64,000 nucleotides of DNA from the NCBI GenBank assembly GCA_000934665.2, contig KZ538338.1:1-64000 (forward strand), given 5' to 3'. Within the stretch, counting starts at the first letter, position 1, and each line of letters opens with the position of its first letter. This stretch comes from Catajapyx aquilonaris (Eukaryota). The translations under genes were made by a program, and so were the position numbers. The notes beneath the pieces are model-generated. The model did no database searches. It worked only from the letters and a program-made list of their open reading frames with translations, and was not told the origin of the DNA. Below, one piece after another: positions 22,562 to 51,315 of this stretch.

Positions 22562-25500
22562 TTATCCCGACAGGTCGTTGTGATCAAAGAGAGCTTGGTC
22601 ATAGATCTCTGCCCGAACTAGTCGTCCACCAAAATAACGTCCGTTTAGGGCATCTCTCGCTTTTTCTGCTTCTGAAAATGGAACCAAATATAAATATTTT
22701 ATACATATTTTGCGACTAGTTCATTTTTCCACTGCAGCAATTTAAAGAACCTAGGTGCAAACCTACTGTTCACATGGGGGACATTAATCCACACTTAACT
22801 TTCAAATTATTATTTTTCAAAATAAGGGGAGACGGAGTGGCGCCGCGGTAACGTGCGCGCCCACGGATGTTAAGGTCCCGGGTTCGATCCCAACCCGGGG
22901 ACACCCCCTTCATCTCGTGCAGAGTTCAGGGTCACCTCTGGCTTCGTCTCGGGTGGTATTTCCTACAGACTAAACCACCCGGGGGAGTTCACTAAAAATG
23001 GCCACCACGTCAGTCGCACTGCACCTTGCACATCCCCTCCTGTCATCCTGCCCGTGGGCCCGGGCGCTTCGTTCAAGGCTCCAAATGTACGAATTGAAAA
23101 TAAAGGTCCGTGCAAAACACCTTCTGGGTGAGCACTACCCCAACAATTATTATTATTAAAATTAATTATTTTTCAAAATAATTTTTGAGAAATATCAAAA
23201 TTTCACATGAGCCCAATGCCTTTGTGACAACTTCTTCCAGATCCAACTAATGAGACACACGGTATAACCTAACAAAGCACACGAGACCATGTCAGGACTC
23301 TTATTACATTGAGTTACTGCCAGACATCTGTTGCAACCTGTGGTAATGGACCACAACTCATACCTGCACCAGCAGTAAACTCCACGAAGATTTTGACCAC
23401 AACATCGGCATCTGCATCCTCTGATTGCCTCTCCTGGTAGATGATGACCCTATTGACTCCTCCAAACTTGGAGCACTCATCAGTGATCTCCTCTTGCAGA
23501 GATTCATCCACATCTTCAGGGCCCACCATGTTCCTTAGGATCACTACCCGGCTATCACTCTTCCTCATCAACTTCTGCATTACTAAATGCCTTGCTGACT
23601 GGCCTTTGATGCTCATGTTCTCTTGCTGTTGAAGAGTCTGTGGCTCTGCATCCTCCATCAGTTTCTTTTGTAGCTCCTCCTGCTGCTTCTGTGCCTGCTC
23701 TCGAACCTTACAGAGAAAGACACTGGCATCAGATCCTCCATCTTTGACATACTTCTTGCATCAGCATGAGATCTTACCTTCCTGAGAGCCTCCTGCTGCG
23801 GGGTTCCTCCAAGGGCAACCATACTTTCAGCTGCAGCCACTTCTTCTGCCAGGACAACTGACGCTAGTGATGCTGGGGCAACAACCGACACAGGTGGTGC
23901 AACCACCACACCAGATTGTCCTACAACAGGTGCCACTAATCCTGGTGGGGGGATTGGTGCCAATTCGGCTGCCGTCACATTAGGTGGTGACCCCAGGGAA
24001 CCTGTTGGTGAGCCCTGCGATTGTGACGTCCCAAGTTTTGTCAACCCTAAGGCAACAGCATTTGAGGCTACAGCGTCAATGGCCTGTATCTTGGCAGTAA
24101 CAGCAGCAGCGGCAACCGCTGCTGCAGTGGGCATCTGGCTCTGGGCTGTCGCAGGGTTGTCCTTTCGCACCTGGAGCGCGTTTGGAGGGGTGATAGCTTT
24201 ACCAACACGCAGGTATTGACCTCCAAGGTCAAACAGATTCATAGAGGCAATGGCATCTTGTGCTGCCTGCGCAGTCTCGTACTCAATGAAACCGTAGCCT
24301 TTGTGCTTGGACGGAGATGATCCAGCAGCAAGCTTGCAAGACTTGATGCGACCAAATGCCTCGAACACACTGCAAGGTACGACAGAAATGGGGAAGGTGG
24401 GCGGTACTTTCAGTTGTATCTCTAACGTACGCTAAATTATGGTAAACTTCTATCAGTAGAGCTACAGATCTGCCCATGAGTAAGGCTATTGGTGCAATAC
24501 CCGATCTAAAAACATCATGACATACCGTCAAATGGGGTGACGTTGGCCGGTGGGGTGAACTTGGCCACAATTCCAAAAATGCAATTAATAGTTAATATTT
24601 CAGGTAACACGTGTTATAAAAATGAGACTTTCAATCACGTGATGCCATTACGGCAGTGCTTAGCTTGCTGTAGACCAAAAAAATTCACCTGTGCCGACAT
24701 AGGTGAGCAAGGAAATAAAATTAATGTTAAAGGTCATAAGTTTTCTAAGTATTACAAACAAAAATATAACTCATAAAGGTAATCAATAATCGAGAATTTT
24801 AATTACTAATCATCTTCGGAACATGAAGGTGCAGCCACTATTTCCTGCGTTAAAATTCAAGCACCTATATCTTAAAAATCTGAAGAAATATTTGATCAGG
24901 TTTGAACTTGTATCGTTAGCTGGGACTCTACTGAAGCATGCTTGACTACTGCCAGCTCTTTAGTAGCAGAAGAACCTGTGCAAAACAATTAAAATGTAAC
25001 AACTGCACAGGTGTCCCCTATAAGGGACACTTGGCATATCTGGGTTAAGAATGGTTGGAAAAGCAATGTTGCTCAGTTGGACACCTGTCTATCTTGGAAG
25101 TTGGACACTTGTCCCCCTCTTAAGTTGGACACGTGCTACAGCAGTACAATTTTCACATTTACTCTACAATCTACATGTACTCCCATTTTTTTCTAAAACC
25201 TGAGCCATGCTGAGCTCGTCATACATAATTTGTATTCCTATGTAGCATTGTGCATGGAAAAAATATTTTTCTACTCGCCTTATTGGCCAGCCTTGTCCAA
25301 CGCCTACTTAAAAAATTTCACAGTTGTGGGTTAATATCCCGCTACTTATATCTTCGCAAAACTGAAATTTTGGACCAAGTTCACCCCATTTGACAGAAGT
25401 CAAAAGTTAAATAAGGGCAGTTCAGATATATCACATTAATTCAGTACTGCACTTATTGTCGTGGTGGGATGCACCCTTGCAAAATGTGACCCTGAATGCA

Positions 25501-28500
25501 GAAATCATACTAAGGGTTCCACTTAAAACATGAAATTGAAATTATAATCCAAGAGTTACACTGTGCAGTATGATACAAATAGATGCAAGCCACATTAAAG
25601 ATAGCATAGGAGAGAGAGGCCATAAGAACAAGCTGCAGGATGTGCGACTTCCCCTTGCCATTACTTGCCTATCCCTCCCACACAATTCTTATCATATGTG
25701 CTTACTTATCCTTCATCTAGATTGCTCAATCGAAATGGTCAAGCAGATGGTGAAAATGAATATGGGTCATACCACGTGAAATCATCCCGAGGTGTGCTCA
25801 TGAATTTTAGATTTCCGAAATATTTTGCAGGGAGATAGACCTATCCCTAAACTCTAGATTTACCAACTCCCTGCAAAATATTTTGGAAATCTAAAATTCC
25901 TGAGCACACCTCGTGATTATTTCACGTGGAATGATCCATATGCCTCTACCACAGAGATTGCAAGCTTGCAAATGTTGGTTTAGGTAAAACTCATTTAGAG
26001 AAGAAAATTATGACCTCAAACTATTATGAAACTACCATAAAATCTTCTTGACCTCTTTTCTACATCTGAAATTAATAAAATGAATGCATTGCTTCATCAT
26101 GAGCATGTATTATCAGATTTAAGGTTTATGATAGGCTTTCAATTTTAATTTATAGCTTCTCGTAGCAGATGCAGAATTTTTCCATAGTAATAGCGCTCCC
26201 CATGCTTCTCCTGAAGTGTCACACTCCCTATTTCATGCAATGAAATAGTGCAGGAAAGGTAAAGACAGAAACATTTCAGGTGTTAAGATATCCCAATAGT
26301 TATAGTCAGTCACATGATCATCATCAAGCTAATCTCCATAGTTGCTCCTCAGATCATATGCTGCTTGTTTGCCAAAGCTGTATTTATAATGGAGGCCAAT
26401 GGGGGAAAAAATTATTCATTTTTAATGTAACACTAAGCTATTAAAGGTAATAATACAATGGTGCACTGTCAGGTGAAAGGAAGCATTTTCAGAAGAAAAA
26501 ACATAAAAAGTTAACTCCTTCAATTACAAAAATTATATTCAAACTGTCATCGGTACCACTGCTCTAACTTCTAAACTACTTGTATCTGAAAAGAATTCCA
26601 CTAACATCTCATGCTCAAAGAAATACATGGATTGGGCCCAAAGGTAGCCTTCAAATATAATACAAACCCATTGCAATGCACAGAGAGTTCTTGGTAGCGT
26701 ATCACTAATGAAGTGTTAGCACAACAGCTTTGAATATTAAAATTTTGAATCCCTATCTGATTTTCAACAGTCACAAGTACCAGTGTACCATCAAGGATAG
26801 TTTAAAGAAATACTTGCCTGATTTGAGGATGGGGAAAATTATGTTAATGGCGGATCCAACATGAGGTGAAAATGAATGGATACGTCAGGATAGAATGTAG
26901 CAATGTACTGGCAATCAAAAAAATTAATGAGCACAAAGAAACTGCCGACCTCTTGATGTCGTCCTCGGTGAGGTCAAGGTGAATGGAAGCCACGTAGATT
27001 CGGTTGAAGTGGGGAAGTACGTTTTTGTCAAGTCTACTGACAAGGATAATGAGAGAAGCAAAATAAAAATCCCGACGAGGTTGGAGGGGCAGCAGGGAAG
27101 AAAAAGGATGGGACATATTACAAGGTTAAGGAAAAAGAGACACTTCCACCCCATCATTTTTAAAATCGCAGCTTACCTCTTGATGTCATCCTCGGTGAGG
27201 TCTGGATGTATGGAAGCCACGTAGATTCGGTTGTACTGCTTGGCCTCCTCGGTGATCTCATCAATCACGGACTGCGCCTGGGGCATGTTGGAAGGGCGGC
27301 CAACCTGCAAGGTAGGGCAAAGCGGAAGGAGATGGTCAGACCTGCCGCCTCCGCCCCCTCCCACCCAAATTCCCCCCACAACTTGATCGGTCTCGGACTC
27401 TTGCTGCCATCTTTCCACACCTGACCCAACCCCACTTAAATAATACCTCAAATTCACTTTACTTACTCGCCTCTACACTCATCAGCCCAAATTGGTGCAA
27501 GTCGTGTGTAAGACCTTTCACAACAGATTCAACACAGGCTACTAAAAGGAACGGCACATACGTGAGAATAGTGAGTGCGCCCTGCTTAATCATAATTTCC
27601 CACCAATTTCAACCACCACCCACTGCAAATTAGGCAAGTACAAGATGAGTCGCTTCTAGACAGGCAGTCTCGCATCAGCATTTTAATAAAAATCATCCAC
27701 TGCCATTCTAAAACACAACTCTGAGTTATGCTTCAAAAATTAAGAAAGCTGCTATTAACAGCTCACTATGCAAATGAAAAATTCCAGAATTCAAGCATTG
27801 CAGATGTTAATGGACAAATAGTATAATAAGGTTCAATCAAAAGCAGAGTATACTGAATGTACAATATTTCCATTGATTTGTGAAAATGGTAATCAAGACA
27901 CTTCATTGGTAAAATTTAGGTAAAATATAAGACAAAACTGATAGAACCTGTTTGTAATTGCAATCCTTGTACTCAAATGTTGCAGCAAAGGTAACTAGCA
28001 CGTACTCTTGACTCATCCTGTACATTTGCTTCCCAAAACTTTTTTCTTTTTGCCCAGTGTATCATCACTATTCCAGCCCTCACAAAATTCCAGCAACCCA
28101 ACACAAAATAATTACAGGTTGTATGTTACACAGTATAGGAATAGTAATAGCATAGACAATTAAAAAATTGGTACTTGTTACGTATATGTAATAATAATAA
28201 TAAACAAATAAATTAGAAGCGGAACAATCCAAGTTGGGCCGAGACTTATCTTTTTGAGCGCAAAGGAATTTGGTAAGAAGCCGAGGCTCTTCTCCCGAAT
28301 TTCCCCCGAATCAAGTGTGGGCGCAGAAAGTAAGTCATTTTGCACTTACTGTCACGACGTGGGGCATCTGAACCTACCATGATAAAGCAAACATGACATT
28401 ACATTCGCGGGCTGCTCGGTACGGGGCCACATTCATTCATGATCGTGATGCCCGTTACTCTCAGCACCCATTTTTAAAATTCTCCTTTTTAGCGCCTCTT

Positions 28501-31500
28501 GCTCTCACTTGCTCTCTTCCCTTTTGCTTCTTACTCTTCTGAATTTAAAAAAACTGGAATTGAGGCGAAGAGCAAGATTATGCGGCCGTGCCGAGCAGCC
28601 TCTAAAAAGCAAAAGTGGGACGGATTTTTTTTTTCTCTCTCTCTCTCTCTCACTCTCTCGTGGAGCCCATGGCATGCACATGTTTTCTTAGCATCACCTT
28701 ATCATGTCTTCATATCCCCCACATATCCATAACAGGGCTTCAAGCACTTTTTAATTTTTGAGAAACACAAATAAAAAAACCAAATGAGAGGGGGATGAAA
28801 ACCATAATACGAGTTCTTACTTACCTTGTGCTGATCACTTGAGGCTTTCCCACATATAAACTCCAATGTGAGTTTTCCTGGGGTTACTTGTGACATACTT
28901 CCCTCCATACATTATTCCTTACAGAGACATTCCCCAATCCCTGTTCTCAGATATCTTTAATGCCCACCTACTCTCTCCTTTCTGCCTTTCAGCATGTAAG
29001 TAATGTAAAAGCAATGATGCAAAACCTGGAATGGTTCCTCAACAGTGACACCAGTCCTACCGTCCTGCGAAGATCATCCCTCTCCAGTAATGTAGCGTGG
29101 CACATTGATGGCACACTTTTCTCTGCAGTGAGCCAACCCTCACTGCATCCCACACCTTCCCTAGCCACTCCCTCCCACAAAAATAAAGGTAACCAAGCCC
29201 ACCTTGATGTTCCTTCCACCAATCATGACGCCATTCATCTGCTCCAGTGCCAGCTGCGCTGCCTCGGGGATCTCGTACTCCACGAATGCAAAGCCCTTGT
29301 GCTTCTGAGTCAGTGGGTCCCAGCTCATGTTGATGGACTTGATGGGGCCAAACGGCAAGAAAGCTTGCCTGATGGTGTCTTCTTTCAGCTCAAATGAAAT
29401 AGATCCAACGTACACTCTGCACATTAGCACCAGTGCCTGATGCCTCTGCAGACTCTTGGCTTGCTGTTGCTGGTGGGCTAGTGTCTGTTTCATCAGCACC
29501 ATCTTTATGCTCTGCTCCATTGCATACTTCTTTGCTTTTGTGACCCATTCCTGCTGTTCTGAGCTGAGTTTCCCTAACCCTTGACCCAACAGGCCACCAA
29601 CACTGCTGTCCTTCCTGGCACCAGGTCCACCCACCAAGGGGCCAGTCTGATCAATGTCATTGATCGCAGATGGCAGGAACTCATCCGGTGCCATCTCTGT
29701 GCATCGGGAAAACAAACACAAAAATTAATATGGCAGAGTAACGCAAGGCACGCACCCACACACACATTCATCCCGATGAATGCCGCCGGTTGTCTCTCTG
29801 AGGATTTAACTTTGTCCCACCCAGTAACTCGTACACAATTTGTACATAAATAATATTCAGTACATTCAAAAAGGCCCTGTCATGAACGTGCCTTAGGAGC
29901 CGGTGGCTTCTCCCTCCACTCTCCTCGACCAATTATGCAAAGTGTGAGCGTGGCCGATACCCTCTGGAAAGATACAAGTGGAAATGTTTTGGGGCAGGAG
30001 GGATTTCTCCCCTGGCTGTATCTGCAAGAAAAAAATAGGAAGACAGGAAGCAGCCCAACCCACTTTTCCCCCCGCTTTAGCCTCTAAAATTCATTTACAT
30101 GAAGTGAACTGGGAAATTCCAATTTCACTGTTACATGCAATGCACAATATTCTCTTTATTAAATTACCAGTAACATGCACTTCGGACAGAAAAGTTTTGC
30201 TTCTCTACTTCTTGGTACAATAGCTCCACAGTAATAATTAACTGAACAATCAATTAAAACAAGGTAACAAGATGTTAACATTACTAGGTCTAGTGTGCTG
30301 TCACGCATAAGAAAGTTTAATTACATATTTTGCTATGTTAAATGGCAGTGACATGGTTTAGAGGCTAAATGTGCATCCCATCCCCATATTCCTACACTTC
30401 CTCATCAACTATCCCCGCCCTACCCAGCATGAGGTGTATATCTCACAAGGGGAAGACCAACCGTGGCCAATATTGCCTGGTGGCTGGATGGCCTGCAGCT
30501 GCACCATGATACCTGCCAACACTTCCCCCATGCTCTGTAAAGATAACAGGAAGGGAGGAAAAAAAAAAAAAAAAAACGAAAAAGCAGCTGCAGAGCATTC
30601 TGGGACAACCTCAAATCGTAAAATGCATACGGAAAGAAGAAAAAATATCATGTCATATCAAACATTTCTTTCTGAGGCGAACACAACCATTCCTTCAGAC
30701 GCCTGCTGAACGAGCTTGGTCGTAACATTGGGCCCTATTTCATCATTTGGCGACACTTGCAGTACCAAAGTGATGCCTGCAAGGTGGGCAGAGAGAAGCG
30801 AAGATGAAAGGTACACGTCACCCCCCACCCACCTCCCCAATACTCATCTCATTCAACCAAAAACAATGCAAACATTCACTTCATCACATTCACACCAACT
30901 TACCCCTTGTACAACCAAAAAGTACTTGTTCCAACAATGCAACTATGTAATATGTAGCAGAATTTCGTATTGAATATTAAAAATTATACATGTCAAACAA
31001 TCAAGTTAACACTACCCTCACTTTAAGTCACTTTTATTATGAAGTACGTCAATCAAAGATATTCAATGAAGTCCACTGTTCACATCCCACTGAAGTATTA
31101 CGTCTAAGTAGTGATTGTCAATAAGCTGTCATGCTCAACAAAGTAGCAATAAAGAGTATAATAATAACAACCCAAACGTTTCTCAAGCCAATATTTTGGT
31201 ATGTGATCCACTTAACTGCAGGCACTCTCGCTAACTCTCTCACACATACATGCACATAAAGGAAAAGATCATTTTCCATTTGCCATTGCTTTGCATACTC
31301 ACCCTCAATCCGTGGCCTTTTCACCGCAACCTCCACTGCGCTACTTGTGGTTGATGTTGGCACCTGTACCTGGTTTGATCCCTGGAGCACAAAAAAATAA
31401 ATCGTAAATTACTGACATCAGTGCTTGATGGAAAGAATAAATGATGGCAGTTGTCACCCTCTCCGCATTACTTTGTCGGCTTTGACCTACTACAATGCTC

Positions 31501-33267
31501 ATCTCTTTGGTGATGCTAGACTCTAGCGAACAGGTGAGGCCAATCTGGAAAACCACTGCCATCTTGACTTTTGTTGAGAAAGAGGTACAGCCATTGCTTC
31601 AAACCAGAGCAGGGTAAAATCATGGCAAAAGTGCTTTCTGGTGGCTCTTGAGGTACACTAAATCAGCCTGAAGGATGTTAGCTGACCGCACTGTGGCAGT
31701 AGGCTACCAACTGGCCTTGTAGTTAGACAGCAGGCGCATGCCTTGCCAGGACTGCATTTCTCACAGTCGCAAATAACAAACAGAGGAGAGTTCTGGGATC
31801 AATTTTCACAGGCAAGTCAAGAGCAAATGAATGCTCAGATTTTTCCCATGTCACCAATAGGGTAGGCTGAATAATAAATGGTAAATGCAAAGCAAACGGT
31901 TGATTGAGTCAGCGAGTGCTTGTAGCAATAATATTTCATGCAGTAAACAAGGATGAACCAGTTGTCCTTAAATTGCTCTCCATTACGGCAACAATCCTCT
32001 TGCTAATGCAACAACTAAGGTTGGGGAACACTGAACTCAGTAAATTTAATTAGGTCGGCCGAGTTTATTGGCTAGTTTTTGTTAATCCACGAGGATTTGT
32101 TTTACTTTATTTGTTTACAATGCTCCCATCCTTAAATCATTTAATAGGATACCTGGGTGCCAATAGGTATACTGATCTGAGGTACAAATCTTGCGTACAT
32201 GTTCATTGCCATATGGCTCAATCTTTGCCAAGTGTAATCCACTTATAGGCAGAGGTCATCTTATTGTCCACATGTCCTTGATTTTACCAGGATGACTGTT
32301 GTCAGTATTGGATGGTTGTGCTGCTAATGAGACGTATGATTGTTGATGTATATGGCCCTTTTGCAGGAGATAGTACCAACATACAGTTGCATCTCATGTA
32401 CCCAACAATAAATACGAGATTCGTGTTGTGCTTGACCCATGCCACATGTTCCAACTGTTTTTGCCATCATTTCCAGTAGGGAAATGGTCATATCATGGTT
32501 GCTCATTGCAAAATTACACGAAATGGAGGAAATACTATGGATCGAGGCTCTCTGCTCCGCACCCTCCCAATCCTCTTTTTCTCTGCCACCCTCAGGTCAG
32601 GCAGGATTAACCCTGGAACCCGGCCGTGGGGTCTTTTAGGACCCCAGAGGAATTAAAATGCATTAAAATGATCATTACAATGAACGTTTGCCATTTAAAT
32701 AAAGTATGTAACAGGAAGTGCATGTATATTTTGAATTAGCTATCATTTTAGGCATTGTTCAAAGAATAATTGCATATAGTCAATACATTGAAAAGTATTA
32801 CATAAAAATTAATAATTAATAAAAATTAAAATAAGGACGGGGTCCTAAAAGACCCCACGTCACGGTTCCAGGGTTAAGCACATTGTCGTACGCCTATCTA
32901 CTCCCACATTGGGAAGTGAGACCCTGTGATTTTCGAGCTGTTTCCGAATGTGACCCCAAAGATACACCTACGGGAAGCAGCGTCTCCCATGTCACTAATG
33001 AACCTCAATTTATCTGGGATCAATGGTTATCGGTCAACACTTGGGTGCAATTGCTGGATCCCCAATTGGTAGACCACCGAATCCTGACATGCATGTTGCT
33101 CCTGCAGCAAGTGAGAGCCACTGATGGAAAAGGCAGGGAGCTGTTCTTTTTTTCCCCCCATTGGGCTGACTACTATGCTACGGGTATATATGGGAAGAAG
33201 GCGATGTACTGACCATGGCAAAGGCGCTTCCGTTGACCATGGGCATGACCATTGTGGCCACGCTCAT
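22562..33267 (-). CDS. PUF60: poly(U)-binding splicing factor PUF60 / half pint, ~599 aa, 7 coding exons
   Basis: Exons 33267-33214, 31381-31303, 29696-29203, 27304-27177, 24369-23778, 23706-23364, 22671-22562, all GT-AG with matching phases (1800 nt). Hallmarks [15 protein letters not shown]1 [19 protein letters not shown]2 [20 protein letters not shown] domain [21 protein letters not shown]. The first two exons are less certain. Confidence 0.95.
22826..23164 (+). mobile_element. tRNA-derived SINE family A, copy 1
   Basis: A box TGGCGCCGCGG, B box GGTTCGATCCC, (ATT)n tail, 17-bp TSD ATTATTTTTCAAAATAA (22809-22825 and 23165-23181). Second copy at 43844-44266. Confidence 0.9.
24525..25396. 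mobile_element. pogo/Tc1-like non-autonomous DNA transposon
   Basis: CCGTCAAATGGGGTGA.. / ..TCACCCCATTTGACAG termini with a repeated subterminal GGGGTGAACTTGG. Preceded by TA. Confidence 0.65.
25764..25937. mobile_element. MITE with ~70-bp TIRs and ATAT TSD (Sola-like)
   Basis: GGGTCATACCACGTGAAAT.. / ..ATTTCACGTGGAATGATCC, flanked by ATAT on both sides. Confidence 0.75.
26950..27036 (-). other. candidate 87-nt cassette exon of PUF60 duplicating the start of RRM2
   Basis: Polypyrimidine tract and CAG acceptor, phase 2-2, no stop codon. Encodes [28 protein letters not shown]. Donor AG|GTCGGC. Confidence 0.6.
32611..32873. mobile_element. piggyBac-like MITE, copy 2
   Basis: TTAA TSD and CCCTGGAACC termini. 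The interior is the reverse complement of 16987-17262. Confidence 0.85.
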
Positions 33268-33269
33268 CT

Positions 33270-33860
33270 CGGGCTCCTCCGGATCCCCCAGCTTGGACGG
33301 AAGGCGGGGGGGCGCCGCGAAGGGGGCACCCGGTGCAGGCGATGCCAGCAGAAGACGGGGGTCCAGCAAAACACCAGTCCACTTGCCGACACCCCAGTCC
33401 TCTCTCTCTTCTCTTTATCTCTCGCTCGGCTCGCCCTAGGCCGAAATCGCCATCCAGCCAAGAGGACGGGAGGAGAGATCAATAGATCGGGAGGGAACAC
33501 GAACGAATCCCGGCTGCCAGCCTACCCCGCAAAATGGCCGACTCTTCGCTTCCATCAACAACGAACGAAACACAGCTACGGAGTGGAGTGGAGGACACTC
33601 TACTTCACGCAGCGACACCAACGGAATCATTCGGAAACTCGTGACAGGGTTCAGTGACACAATGGCGCTCCTCACAGCCACTCTAATATATGTACTGAAC
33701 AATGTAACCGTGGTTATGAGCATGACGCACCCAATTTAACCTCATTATCGGATGGATATAATTTATAATTTTCAAGTGCTTCTGCCTTGATCGGCCTGCG
33801 CCAATTTGGGCCAATCGGCTGCTGTTCTTGCCCGAGCAGGATTGTACGTGTAAAAGAAGA
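33270..33860. promoter_or_regulatory. candidate bidirectional promoter / 5' UTR region of PUF60 and HIGD2A
   Basis: Divergent ATGs about 600 nt apart. CpG-rich, with a YY1-like AAAATGGCCG (33531-33540) and tandem CCAAT boxes at 33801 and 33811. Confidence 0.6.
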
Positions 33861-33863
33861 AAG

Positions 33864-34957
33864 ATGGTTGCCCCCAGCAGCAGTGGTGAGGATGAGCAGC
33901 CGGGAGAGTTTCTGACCGAGCTGGAATGGGTCGAGCTCCAGAAGGGCATCGAGGAGAGGGCGAAGAAGCTGGATGAGACCACCATGGCCAAGTTTAGGAG
34001 GAAGTTCAAGGAGAACCCCTTCGTTCCAATTGGTAAAACTGTTTTTTTTTTTGTCCATGGGTACTTCAACCTTGCAATGTCACTGGGAACAATATTCTGC
34101 TCCAGAATGTAATCCGAATGTAATCGGAATGTAATCAGGGCACCTGCTGTTATGACACGGACGCAGTGTAGTAGCTTAGGGTCAGTGCTCGAATTGACGG
34201 AGACTGTTGGAGGGTAATTTTTATATCCGACCCTCCAGTTCCTTTTAAAAAGGTACAATCTTGGGAGGTGTTAGTATTTGGAACATTTCCTTGTGATAAG
34301 GCCTTTCAGGGTGTCCTCTCTTAAAGAACCTGGCTTTGTTTAATCATTGCACTGCTGATGAATTTTGATTATGAGAAATCCCCAGGAAAACTTAGACCAA
34401 CTGACTCCGCATGAGAAAACTCTCTTATCTGAAGCAGGTATCATGTACTGTACAGTGTTGGACATTAATCCCGGGATATTGCTAGCAACATTTTCCAAAG
34501 CAGCAGAAAAAGGAATTGAAGATAAGGATACTGCAAGCCGGGCAAGCAAGATTCCTTCTTGCCGCTTCAGAAAATGTCGCTTGCAGTATGCCTCGATTAA
34601 TGTCCAACACTGTACGGGACCTGTCACCACTCATTTAATATTGCAACATATATCAGGCGCACCATAATGTGCACTTCCCTGACAAAATATCTTTGGACAT
34701 CTGGAAATTCACAAAAAGTGTCTGCCTAACATTTAATTTTTGTTGTAACTATATTTAACATCCTTGCTGGCTTTCTAGGATGCCTAGGAACTGCTGCCGC
34801 CCTCTCCTATGGCTTGTGGAGTTTCCGTCATGGAAGAAGGCGGATGTCCCAGATGATGATGCGTACCCGCATTGTGGCCCAGGGTTTCACCGTCGTGGCC
34901 ATGCTAGTTGGTCTTGGGTTGTCCACTGGAGCAGTCCCAAAGCCACGCATAGCCTAA
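33864..34957 (+). CDS. HIGD2A: HIG1 domain family member 2A-like, 115 aa, 2 exons
   Basis: Exons 33864-34032 and 34779-34957 (phase 1) give KFRRKFKENPFVPIG|CLGTAAALSYGLWSF..SQMMMRTRIVAQGFTV, the HIG_1_N signature with two TM helices. Confidence 0.93.
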
Positions 34958-35095
34958 CATAGTACCTGTATATACTGATTAAAATATCATGGAGGGATAC
35001 TTCGTCTACTGTCAAGCATGGTTACTTTATCATTAATAATATAATATTTTTAACCGTATTAACAAGAAAGATAGGTTGTACAGAAAAAAAGGCAG

Positions 35096-50208
<15,113 letters not shown>

Positions 50209-51315
50209 GGCTAGGTGCTGATGAGTTACTGTCACCTGTCCTTCTTAAAAATTATTCGACCGGTGGCCTGAGCTGGTCATGTCTTTGCCAGTAATCTGAA
50301 ATGCTGAGAATAACACACATTCACACAATGGTTACACTTCAATGCCATACTTGACAAACCATTATCAGAGAGAGAAAAGTAAAATATCACTTCCTTGCCT
50401 CATAAATTCATTCCAAGGTTTCTCACCCTGTTATTGGCTTACTGTTCACATATTCCAAGCCAACATTAGCACCAACAAAGAGCTTCTCCCATAAGCTTCC
50501 TTATTATGGCCACTGGGATAACAAAGTAGCCCCTCATTTCACACGTCCTTTGCATTATGCAGGAGTGTCAAAACATATCTTTATTCCTAACTACTGCATG
50601 TAACATTATTGGTAGACCAAGGAGAGAAGAGCCTAACAATATTGCTTGCAACATTGAAAATACACATCAAGCTGCTCACGCTTGTGCTGAATAAAGGCAA
50701 GACTTTTATCATCAACAACCCTGGGCACACCGAGCAGGCCCATTTTGATGTGCTACACTGCCCTTAAGGCTGAAATGAAAAGGCAGGTCATTAAGCAAAC
50801 ACTAGAATGGCTCCTTGGTCAGCCAGTGTAGCTGCAGTGATTTCTAAGCCTGGATATTTTATTGGCCATGAGAAGAAAGTTTGCAGATCATTTGTTAAGT
50901 CAATGGCAGTTGCATCAATGAATTCAACAGGAACCCTTCCTTCCTTTGTTGGATGAGTTACTGACCCTGGGTACACTCCCCTTGCTTGATGTATTAAACT
51001 AATGCAGGGGGTAGGACCCAATATTGAATCCCCATCTAATCAAGCTTGTGGCTCTGTCTACCACTCTACCTGGACTGAGCAATAATGTTCAAGCATAATA
51101 AATGGGATTAATACTTCAGGTGCTTCCTTCCTGTGCACATGAAACATTGGTGTTGCCTACATTCAAGGTTTAATAAATTGCAATTTATCTTGCCTACTGC
51201 TGCAAAATCGGGGCCTTCCTGTGATACCATTTATATTTGTACTAAGGTCATTTCAATCGTAGAAATATTCGAGACTGTAACGTAATAAAATTTTACACGG
51301 GTTTCATTCTATTAA

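Noticed and set aside
22826..22900. tRNA genes (also the heads at ~39290, ~39680, ~44200, ~53520, ~55240)
   Set aside because: A/B boxes are present, but they continue into shared bodies with simple-repeat tails, several with TSDs, so they are SINE heads rather than cloverleaf tRNAs.
25050..25135. CRISPR-like repeats (GTTGGACAC x3; also 41301-41368)
   Set aside because: Eukaryotic context, short degenerate tandem units without unique spacers, and no cas genes.
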